From contig CAVTHO010000007.1 in assembly GCA_963734545.1 (NCBI GenBank), forward strand, positions 928,001-992,000: a DNA stretch of 64,000 bases, read 5' to 3'. Below, piece after piece: positions 30,371-38,564 of this stretch. The notes under the pieces were generated by a model, which saw only the letters and a program-made list of their open reading frames with translations, did not search any database and was not told the DNA's origin. The position numbers and the translations under genes are program-made. Source of the DNA: an uncultured Spirochaetota bacterium. Lineage in GTDB: Bacteria > Spirochaetota > Spirochaetia > SZUA-6 > Fen-1364. Position 1 is the stretch's first letter; each line of letters begins with the position of its first letter.

Positions 30371-31610
30371 CTAGGTGTCCAGGGGAATGAAGTCAAGGAC
30401 CTTGCGAAACCCGACGGCCTTTCGCACCCGCTCCATGAGCGCCGCGGGGTCGCCCTTGACCAGCATCTTCCTGCCACGCACGGTCACCTTCGAGTACTGG
30501 GCGCCGCGCCCCGCGAACAGCTCCTCATGCGCTCGCACCGCCGAAGATGGGAGTCCCCTCCTGCACCAGGAGCTCGATGTCCTCCACCCCCGCGGCGACG
30601 AGCGATTCCCAGGGATCGTCCTGCCGCTGGCGCACCACCAGTATGTCGGCGAGCCTGCCCTCCGCCAGGCGTGCCGGTTTCCTTCTGGATGCGGAAGGCC
30701 CGGGCCGGATTGACGGTGACCATGTTCACGATCGTCTTGGCGGCAAGATCCTCGCCGTACATCGTGCGGTAGATGTCCCGGGCAAACCGCATCTCCTCCA
30801 GGAGGTTCACGGATCCGGTGGCGGTGGAATCGGTGCCGATGGCCACGTTGATTCCCGCCTCCAGCATCTTCTTCACCTTGCAGGTGACGTTGAACATGAA
30901 GACGTTGGAGGCGGGGCACCACGCCACGTGCGCGCCCGGCGCGCGGACCTTCTGGATGTCCTCGTCCGAGAATCCGATGCAGTGGATCAGCACCGTATGG
31001 TCGTCGAGGCAGCCCAGCTCCTCCAGGATCTCGATGCCCCTCTGGGTCTCCTCGTCGAATCCCTCCTCCAGGTGCGTGATGAAGGGAAAGTTGTTCTTGA
31101 TCGCGCGCGCGTGCTCTATCTCGAATCCCGTCCCCCCACTTCAGATCGAAGGAGGAGCATTCGTGCGCGAGGGTGTAGTTGCTGATGACGCCGCATGGGC
31201 AGCCGGGGGATGAAAGGCTCGTTCCATTCGTGCGGGAAATGATCGTTGGCCGTGACGACGCCGGAGAAGAGGTTCTTGTACGCGCTGAGGAAGTACCGCT
31301 CCTCCACGCTCGTCTTGGCGCGCTCCACCTTGACGACGTCGGAGTTCTTCAGGTCCTTGTCCCAGTAGGACCAGTTGATGTAGTACTCTCCCGGCGGGGG
31401 CCCCACCTTGGGGAGGTAGTTGCCATTGAAATGGTCATGGACGTTGATGAGCGCAGGGAATGCAGCGAAACCCGTCGCCGAATCTCAGGTCGAATTTGCT
31501 TCTCCCCCCAGGCGGCCCAGTTTCTTCTGGTCGACCTGGATGCTGCTGCCGGGCGTGGCGGAGTCCGGCGTGACGACGGTGAGACCGCTCAGCGAGTAGG
31601 TGGTGAGCAT
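30371..31610 (-). CDS. amidohydrolase family (metal-dependent deaminase-like) protein; multiple frameshifts
   Basis: LINVHDHFNGNYLPKVGP (HxH), PFITHLEEG, LIHCIG, WCPASN, AIGTDS. Confidence 0.82.
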
Positions 31611-31695
31611 GCATCTTCCTTCGTCAAACCCTCTGCTATTGTAGATTTGGCATACCCTCATGTCAAGTTGTCGCGGGACGCCGTTCGACGACGCA

Positions 31696-32924
31696 TCATC
31701 CCTGGATGAAGGCCTCGAGCTCGCTCGACACGCGCAGCTGCTTCAGCTTCACCAGCGCGCGCTCCTGGATCTGGCGGACGCGCTCCCGGGTGATGCCGAG
31801 GATCTTCCCCGTCTCCTCCAGCGTGAACGGTCCTTCGCCGTCGAGCCCGAAGCGCAGCTTGATGATGCGCATCTCCCTCTCGCTGAGCTTGTCCAGGACC
31901 ATGGCGAGCGTGTCCTGGAGGGCCAGGGCGAACGCCGATTCGAAGGGTTTCTCGGATGCGTCGTCCCGGATGAGGTCCGCCAGCCGGGTCGGGTTTTCTC
32001 CGGCCACCGAGGTATCCAGCGAGGTCGGGTCCCAGGAGAGGCTGATGAGCTCCTCGACACGGGTCTTGGACATGCGCAGGTAGTCGGCGATCTCTGCGTT
32101 GCTGGGCTCGCGGCCGAGCTCCTGCGTGAGCTGACGTGCGATCGAGAAGCATTTCTTGATCGTGTTGAGCAGGTGGATCGGGATCTTGATGGCCTTGCCG
32201 TTCTCCGCGAGCGCCTTGATGACCGCCTGCTTGATCCACCAGGTGCCGTAGGTGGAGAAGCGGCACCCCTTGCGGTAGTCGAACCGTTCCACGGCCTCGA
32301 TGAGGCCGATGTTGCCCTCGTCGATGAGGTCCAGGAGCGAGACGCCCCGGTGCTGGTACTTCTTGGCCACGGATACGACCAGCCGCAGGTTGCCGAGGAT
32401 GAGCCTGTTCTTGAGCTGCGCGATCTCGTGCTCCAGCTCCGCCTTGCGGCGCAGGTAGGCCTTGCGGGAGACCCTGCACGCGGCCGCCTTCTTCTCCAGC
32501 CCCGCCAGCTCCTCGCGCGCATCTCTGGATTGCCGCCGCCGATTTCCTGCTCGTTCTGGCCGGTGAGCAGCGGATAGTGCGCAATCTGCCGGATGTAGAG
32601 GGCAAGGAGATCCTTCTCTTCAGGGGCCTCGGGCCCCTGCGCAGCCGTGGTGAGGATGGCACTCACGCTGGCGCGCGCATTTCCCCGCGCCCGGGGGCGA
32701 GGTTCGGCCGCCCTCACGCCGGCGTGAGATTCTCCCCGCACAGCGGCACTCACGCGGGCGCGAGATTCTGCACTCACACGGGCGTGAGATTCCGTGCCCG
32801 CACGGACGTGAGATTCTGCGCTCACGCCTGGGTGAGCTTCTGCATCTGCGCCCGCACGCGATCTTATCCCCGCGTCCGCGCGAGGTGGGCTCCCTGCCCT
32901 TTCCTTTTCGAGGTGCCGTCCCAT
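31696..32924 (-). CDS. second RpoS-like sigma-70 factor with repetitive N-terminal extension; frameshifts ~32480-32530
   Basis: [68 protein letters not shown]. Confidence 0.85.
32713..32850. repeat. imperfect 24 bp palindromic tandem repeats in the sigma factor N-terminus
   Basis: CTCACGCGGGCGCGAGATTCTGCA / CTCACACGGGCGTGAGATTCCGTG / CCCGCACGGACGTGAGATTCTGCG / CTCACGCCTGGGTGAGCTTCTGCA; encodes AESHARVS-like octapeptides. Confidence 0.75.
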
Positions 32925-32934
32925 ATACACCCTC

Positions 32935-33762
32935 TCATGCCTGGCTCTTTGCGGAGAAATACTTCTCCGGGTCGACAATTTGACCCTTCGCGTCCTTGAT
33001 GCTGAAATACAGCTTCGCGCCCCCTCCCTGGGGGCTGTCCCCGATCCTCGCGATCTCCGTTCCAGGGTTCACGCGATCGCCCACGTTCACCAGGATCTCC
33101 TCGTTTCCCCAATAGGAGAAGATGGAGCCATCCTGCGACCTGATGAGAACGACTTTGCCAAGGCCCCAGTACGGGGCCACCCATTTCACCTCTCCCGCGG
33201 TAGCCGAATGCACCGGATCCCCGCGCGAGCCAAAGAAAACAAGGCCAGAGATCTTGCCTTTCACCGGTTCGTGCCGGCCCGGGATGCGGCCACACGAGAT
33301 CCTCGACCGAGCGCACGGGCGTCGGCGCCCGCACCGTCGCCCTGGCCTGGCCGCTCTTCTCCGTAGACTGCTCGGCAATCTGCGACGGGACTGGATGCCC
33401 CGATTTCCATCGGAATGAAGAGCTTCAGCCCGACTTTTATGCGGGCGTTCGCGGGGAGCTTGTTCAGCTCCAGGAGCTTCGCGAGAGTGACGGAGTAGTC
33501 CCGCGCGATGCCATAGAGCGTCTCGCCCTTTCTCACCGCATGAACAGGCGGGATGCGCAAGACAGTGCCCGCTCTCAATCTGCCCGGCGTCCGCGATGCC
33601 ATTGAAAAGGCTCAGCACATCCACAGGCACCGCAACCCTGCGGGAAACCGAGGAAAGCGTCTCGCCCTCCTTGATAGTATAGGAGCTCTCCAGCGCGAAC
33701 AGCGTGAATGCGCTCACGAGAAAAAAAGACATGCAGAGCGTCCTTGCAACACGTCTCGCCAT
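32935..33762 (-). CDS. LysM x2 plus M23 peptidase-like protein (NlpD-like); frameshifts
   Basis: YTIKEGETLSSVS and HAVRKGETLYGIARDY (LysM); VHSATAGEV..GLGKVVLIR..VNVGDRV..LYFSI..VDPEKY (degenerate LytM). Confidence 0.85.
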   Translation of the reverse strand: MARRVARTLCMSFFLVSAFTLFALESSYTIKEGETLSSVSRRVAVPVDVLSLFNGIADAGQIESGHCLAHPACSCGEKGRDALWHRAGLLRHSREAPGAEQAPRERPHKSRAEALHSDGNRGIQSRRRLPSSLRRRAARPGRRCGRRRPCARSRISCGRIPGRHEPVKGKISGLVFFGSRGDPVHSATAGEVKWVAPYWGLGKVVLIRSQDGSIFSYWGNEEILVNVGDRVNPGTEIARIGDSPQGGGAKLYFSIKDAKGQIVDPEKYFSAKSQA

Positions 33763-33880
33763 CGGGAGAATCCTCAGTCTATGTTCGGCTTCCGACCTTA
33801 TTGTCTTGACTCGACAGGCGGCAAAACGGTAGCCTTTTTTCGAGATTCGTCGCGGGAAGAGAGGTCGCGATCGGTTTTTT

Positions 33881-34116
33881 TGGCCCTTGCGCATCCTTGC
33901 TTGCGCCTGCTCGGCCTTTCGTACATCCTTGTACTCGGCCGAGCCGGCACATCCTGTGCCTGGCCGTCCTCCCGACATCCATGTCTCGGACGGCCCTTGC
34001 GCATCCTGTGCCTGGCCGTCCTTCCGACATCCATGTCTCGGACGGCCCTTGCGCATCCTGTGCCTGGCCGTCCTTCCGACATCCATGTCTCGGACGGCCC
34101 TTGCGCATCCATGCGC
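33881..34116. repeat. tandem array of nested-hairpin repeats (3 x 52 bp plus one variant unit) abutting tRNA-Leu
   Basis: CCTGGCCGTCCTYCCGACATCCATGTCTCGGACGGCCCTTGCGCATCCTGTG at ~33959, ~34011 and ~34063. Confidence 0.92.
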
Positions 34117-34200
34117 CGGAGTGGTGGAATTGGCAGACACAGGGGACTTAAAATCCCCTGCCTCGCAAGGGGCGTACGGGTTCGACCCCCGTCTCCGGCA
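34115..34200 (+). tRNA. tRNA-Leu (TAA); CCA not encoded
   Basis: Acceptor stem GCCGGAG/CTCCGGC, GGTGGAATTGGCAGACAC D-arm, GGGGA-CTTAAAA-TCCCC anticodon arm, long variable arm, GGTTCGACCCC. Confidence 0.96.
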
Positions 34201-34224
34201 GTATATTACCAGGGAGGAGACCAC

Positions 34225-34419
34225 ATGGCGGACAGAATCGGTGAGTTTCTTGTTCAGATTGGCGCGATGTCCGACTCCCAGGTAATCATCGTGATCAACC
34301 ATCAGAAGGCGGGTGACCAGCGTCTCTTCGGCGAAATCGCCATGGAGCTCGGCTACCTTGCCGACAACGAGCCGATCGACAAGTTTCTCGAATACCAGGA
34401 GAAGCGGCTCGGCGACTGA
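34225..34419 (+). CDS. stand-alone MshEN-domain protein (64 aa), putative c-di-GMP receptor
   Basis: GGAGGAG RBS; RIGEFLVQIGAMSDSQVIIVINHQ and LFGEIAMELGYLADNEPIDKFLEYQ fit the tandem RLGxxLLxxGLLxxxxLxxxLxxQ motif. Confidence 0.75.
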   Translation: MADRIGEFLVQIGAMSDSQVIIVINHQKAGDQRLFGEIAMELGYLADNEPIDKFLEYQEKRLGD

Positions 34420-35702
34420 TCTGTGCCGGGCGTCTCAGAGCGCAGATCCGCCGGTCCCGCTCCTCCCGGCTTCGTGCGCGCCAGCTCGGCAACAAGCTCC
34501 TCATACGCCAGGACCGGCGCCTTCCTGCACAGGTCTTCGAAAAGCGCTCTCCCCTCGTGTGAAAAGAAGCTGCGCGGTACGTCTCCGGGTCCCGACGCGA
34601 GGACGATCAAGCGTCGCGCGCGTGCCGCGAGGCTCAGGTTGCCCTGGTTGCCGGGGCCTACCGGAAACGAGCAGAGGACCGTGATATCCGCGGCCTCGAC
34701 CAGACCTGCCGCGTGCAGGACTTCTTCTTCACCGATCCGGGAAAACGCGCCGACCCTCGAACAGTCGATGCCAAGGTTCCTCCAGAGCCGCTCGTCCGAA
34801 TCATGCTCATGGGCGATGCCGCCGCTGAGGACATAGCCCAGGCGATGCAGCTCGCGCGTAAGGTTCACTGCGCTGCCGGCTCCCCCGATGAGGTGGACCC
34901 GCGCGCCGCTGACTCCCGCCCGCCAGGGGAGGACCGTCACGGTGAGGCTTCCCGTTGCCATGCTGGGCGACACCAGGGTGCGCACCGCATAGACGCGGTC
35001 GAGAATCTCGCTGCGCAGCACCTCGTCCGGCCTGCCGTCGGCGGCCACCCTGCCTTTCTCCAGAAGGAGCAGGCGCGAGCAGTACTGCGCGGCAACACCC
35101 AGGTTGTGCACGGAGGTGAGCACGGCACGCTTCTCCCCGGCCAGCTCCTGCGCCATCGAGAAGATTCTGTCCTGGTGTTTGATGTCGAGGTTCGAGCTCG
35201 GCTCGTCGAGGACCAGAGTCTCCGTATCCTGCACCAGCGCCTTGGCAAACAGGACGAGCTGCCGTTCTCCACCTGAAAGCTCGCCGAAACCGCGGTCCTC
35301 GAGCCCCGAGAGGCCGACGTAGGACAGGGTACGCCGCGCCTTCTCGTGATCTTCCGCGCTCTCCTGCTCGAATCTGCCCAGATGAGGGTAGCGCCCCATC
35401 AGGAGGATCTCCATCACGGTGAACGGGAAGCTCTGCGCGGTTTCCTGGCTCATGAATGCCAGCTTGCGCGCCCGTGCGCGGGCATCCATTGCGGCAAGGT
35501 CCCGGCCGTCCAGGTACACCGTGCCCTCGCTCGGGGCAAGGAGCCCCGCCAGCAGACGCAGAAGCGTCGTCTTGCCCGCGCCGTTGGGACCGATCACGCC
35601 GACGAGCTCGCCCCGATCGACGGAAAGGTCGATGTTTTCGACGATCGTCGCCCCGCCGATCCTCCAGCCCAGGCTCCGTGTCTGCAGCAGGGCGTCCGTC
35701 AC
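34353..35702 (-). CDS. cobalamin/iron-chelate ABC transporter ATPase with C-terminal extension
   Basis: GPNGAGKTT, LMGRYPH, LSGGERQ, LDEPSSNLD; extra RVHLIGGAGS domain; true 3' end uncertain. Confidence 0.88.
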   Translation of the reverse strand: MTDALLQTRSLGWRIGGATIVENIDLSVDRGELVGVIGPNGAGKTTLLRLLAGLLAPSEGTVYLDGRDLAAMDARARARKLAFMSQETAQSFPFTVMEILLMGRYPHLGRFEQESAEDHEKARRTLSYVGLSGLEDRGFGELSGGERQLVLFAKALVQDTETLVLDEPSSNLDIKHQDRIFSMAQELAGEKRAVLTSVHNLGVAAQYCSRLLLLEKGRVAADGRPDEVLRSEILDRVYAVRTLVSPSMATGSLTVTVLPWRAGVSGARVHLIGGAGSAVNLTRELHRLGYVLSGGIAHEHDSDERLWRNLGIDCSRVGAFSRIGEEEVLHAAGLVEAADITVLCSFPVGPGNQGNLSLAARARRLIVLASGPGDVPRSFFSHEGRALFEDLCRKAPVLAYEELVAELARTKPGGAGPADLRSETPGTDQSPSRFSWYSRNLSIGSLSAR

Positions 35703-36733
35703 TGGATCCCCCGCACGCCGCGCCGCTGGGTCCTGACGATCAGGCTCAGCAGGTAGGGGCTGCCGAGTATGGCGGTGATGATCCCGACGCGGACCTCGAA
35801 CGGCGGGGCGATCGATCTGCCCAGCAGGTCGCAGACCGTGAGAAACAGCGCACCGCCGAGGGCGGAGGCGGGTATGAGCGTCCGATGATCAGCCCCGACG
35901 AGGAATCGAAAGAAATGAGGGACCAGGAGACCGACAAACCCTATCGGCCCTGCCACCGAAATCGCCATCCCTGTCATGATGGCCGAGAGAGCGAGAAGCA
36001 GGCGTTTGGTCCTCTCGACCCTCATGCCGAGCGAATGGGCGTTCTCCTCGCCCAGCGTGAAAAGATTCAGCTCCCGGGAGAACAGGCCGAGCACAATCAT
36101 GCCGGGTATCAGCACAGGGGCAGCAAAGAGAATGTGCTGCCAGCTCCTGCCGTCCAGGCCTCCCATGGTCCAGAAGAGAAACTGGCTAACTTCGTACTCA
36201 CGGGAAATCAGCAGCAGAGCGGAAGTCAGCCCGTTCAGGAGGGATGCAACGGCCATGCCCGCGATGATGATGAAGAGAAGCGAGGTCGTGCCCCGGGACG
36301 TGGACAGCAGATAGATGAACGCGGAAGAAAGCAGGGCGCCGGCCACGGTGAGCACGGGAAGGCCGAAAAGCGAAAGGGAGGCGACACCGGATGTGATTGC
36401 GACGACCGCCCCGAGACTGCCGCCCGCGGAGATCCCGAGGATTTCCGGGCTCGCCATGGGATTTCGGAACAGCCCCTGCATCACCACGCCGCACACGGCA
36501 AGCGCGGAACCGACAAGCATCGCGGCGAGCACGCGGGGCAGGCGCAGAAAGAGGATGATGGTGATGTCCTGTTGATCGGGCAGGGCGATGGATCGGAAGC
36601 CGAGGTGGTGGAGAAGGTACCTGAGGAATGAGAGCGGGGCAACAGGCACGGCGCCGAGCGCGACCGCCACGCCGAGCGAGGCCACGAGCAGGAGAGAGAG
36701 AACCAGGATTGTGAGGGCTTTTCTTTTTTTCAC
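35699..36733 (-). CDS. FecCD/BtuC family ABC permease
   Basis: RLPRVLAAMLVG, QGLFRNPMASPEILGISAG, GPIGFVGLLVPH. Confidence 0.92.
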   Translation of the reverse strand: MKKRKALTILVLSLLLVASLGVAVALGAVPVAPLSFLRYLLHHLGFRSIALPDQQDITIILFLRLPRVLAAMLVGSALAVCGVVMQGLFRNPMASPEILGISAGGSLGAVVAITSGVASLSLFGLPVLTVAGALLSSAFIYLLSTSRGTTSLLFIIIAGMAVASLLNGLTSALLLISREYEVSQFLFWTMGGLDGRSWQHILFAAPVLIPGMIVLGLFSRELNLFTLGEENAHSLGMRVERTKRLLLALSAIMTGMAISVAGPIGFVGLLVPHFFRFLVGADHRTLIPASALGGALFLTVCDLLGRSIAPPFEVRVGIITAILGSPYLLSLIVRTQRRGVRGIQ

Positions 36734-36853
36734 TTCGCCGTTCGCGCGGACCGCGCACACTATAGCCAGGCGCATCGTCCGCTGTCAACGCGGGGTACCG
36801 ACATTCGCCTCCGCCGCTTGCGCTTGACGGGGGAAACGGGTACATAGGTAGGC

Positions 36854-37049
36854 ATGGACTGCGTGAACCACGTACAAAACGTGAAAAGGTGCTCCTGCAC
36901 CTATGAGGGCTGCAGCGCGGCACGGCATCTGCTGCGACTGCATCGCCTATCATCGATCCCTCGCTGAACTGCCGGGCTGTCTCTTCACCGGCGACGAGGA
37001 GAGAACATACGACCGCAGCGTCTCATACTACGTGAGCCGCCGGCGGTAG
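36854..37049 (+). CDS. small Cys-rich protein (DUF6485-like), one apparent frameshift; absent from the ORF track
   Basis: [21 protein letters not shown]/(shift)/[39 protein letters not shown]. Confidence 0.7.
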
Positions 37050-37055
37050 TCTCGC

Positions 37056-37641
37056 GTGCTCGACCTGGTCATCCTGTCTCTGGGATTTCTCATCCACCTG
37101 TGGGCCCTGCCCTACACGTTCAAGAATCTCTTCATCGATTCACTCGTTCGATTCGTGCAGCTCGGCTTTGGCGTCGCGATCCTCGTCACGCTGGACCCGC
37201 GCGTCCTGCTGCCCAGTCCCTTTGGCCTCATCACCGGTCGTAGGCGTGGGGGTCGCGTGTTTCGCGTTCCAGATCGTGTGGAACAAGGGCGTGGCTCTGC
37301 GCGCCGGATCGCTTACCAGGAGCTTCGTCGCCTCACAGCTGCTCATTCTTTTCTTCCACATTCCCGCGGAAGAGATATTCTACCGCGGAGTCTTCTTCAC
37401 GCTCCTCAGCGCCGTCTGGGGGCCATTCACCGCTCTCGTGATCTCCACCGCGCTGTCCACGATGATCGCAGTGGTCTCGAGCCGGAAGCCGATCAAGTGG
37501 CTGGGCGCGGGACTCGTCGGAATCCTGTGCGGGCTGGGGTACTACTGGTCCCAGAGCATCTGGGCGCCCGTGCTCATCCACATCCTGAACGACTGCGGGT
37601 TCGACACGCTGAACGAACAGCGGAACCTTTTCGAGACCTAG
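37056..37641 (+). CDS. CPBP (CAAX/Abi) family intramembrane protease; frameshift ~37235
   Basis: AEEIFYRG and IHILND motifs; multiple TM segments. Confidence 0.8.
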
Positions 37642-38471
37642 CCCACCGCGCCGGACACGGCGGCCGGCGATCCCGCGAACAGCCACGTGACCGCGTCCTG
37701 CAGGAGACGCGAGAGCACGACCACCTGCATGTTCCCCCCTGATTTCTCGATGGTCTTCTGGAACGTGGCAGGCGTGTGCCGGACCTTGAGCTTTTCCCGC
37801 ATGGCAGCCACCTTCGTTTCAAGGGCCGCGTCATCCTTTGCGAGGACGTCCAGCAGGTATAATGTCAGGAGGAGGAGGACCTCGTCGGAAACCGTCTCTG
37901 CGAGGGCGGCGAGCTCTTTTTTCGCCTCGCCCGCCTCTTTCATCTGAAGGAGGCTGAAGGCATGGTTCCACCGCACCCAGTCGCGGTCCGCCACGCGAGG
38001 CGAGTCGAGAAGACCGCGGAAAAAATTCTCGGGGTCCTTGGGATCCTTGGCGAGGAGATGGGGTATGCCGAACTGAAGGCTGAACCGCCGTATCGCTCCC
38101 GGCTTCTTTTCCGCCAGATAAGCTTCAAGGGCGAGAATTCCTTCCGTATTAGAGGTCACGAGGTAGGTATTCAACAGCAGGCGCACGTGCGCCTGCAGCA
38201 CTCTGCCCTTCCGGAAGATGCGCTGCTCGAGGAAGCCGGCTACTCCCGCCCAGTCCTCCCGCTCCAGTCCGCGGAACAACCGCCAGTTCAGCAGGAAATA
38301 CACGTCCACTCCGCCAAGGGTGAGGATGAACACGATTGCAATCGGCCAATTGCGTGACCAGAACAGACTGAACCAGTCTCTCCCCAGAAGGAGCAGGGGG
38401 GTGAAAAAGATGACGAGGAACGCCAGCGCGAGCACGACGTTGAGCAGGATAAATATGGCTTTCATTTTCAT
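37638..38471 (-). CDS. hypothetical membrane-anchored helical protein
   Basis: Intact ORF with two N-terminal TM helices and a helical C-terminal region. Confidence 0.7.
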   Translation of the reverse strand: MKMKAIFILLNVVLALAFLVIFFTPLLLLGRDWFSLFWSRNWPIAIVFILTLGGVDVYFLLNWRLFRGLEREDWAGVAGFLEQRIFRKGRVLQAHVRLLLNTYLVTSNTEGILALEAYLAEKKPGAIRRFSLQFGIPHLLAKDPKDPENFFRGLLDSPRVADRDWVRWNHAFSLLQMKEAGEAKKELAALAETVSDEVLLLLTLYLLDVLAKDDAALETKVAAMREKLKVRHTPATFQKTIEKSGGNMQVVVLSRLLQDAVTWLFAGSPAAVSGAVG

Positions 38472-38564
38472 CAAAAACCCCTATAATAGGGCAGTATAGT
38501 AGGGGAAATCGCAGCGCCAGTCAAAGGGGCTCCCCAGGGAAGGAATCGTGAAGGGCCATATGGC

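Noticed and set aside
33820-33835. sigma54-like GG-N10-GC (AGGCTACCGTTTTGCC) upstream of the nlpD-like gene
   Set aside because: Weaker match than the 18392 site, and it overlaps a plausible sigma70 -10 for the tRNA on the other strand; insufficient support
33881-34116. Possible CRISPR array
   Set aside because: Units are contiguous near-identical 52-mers with no unique spacers and no cas genes nearby
32935-34302. 455 aa ORF spanning tRNA-Leu and the repeat array
   Set aside because: It runs antisense through a tRNA and repeats; the real gene starts at 33762 with a signal peptide
34353-34419. Tail-to-tail overlap of the ABC ATPase ORF with the MshEN gene
   Set aside because: The ATPase tail looks non-conserved; likely a missed stop caused by an indel, or trivial run-on
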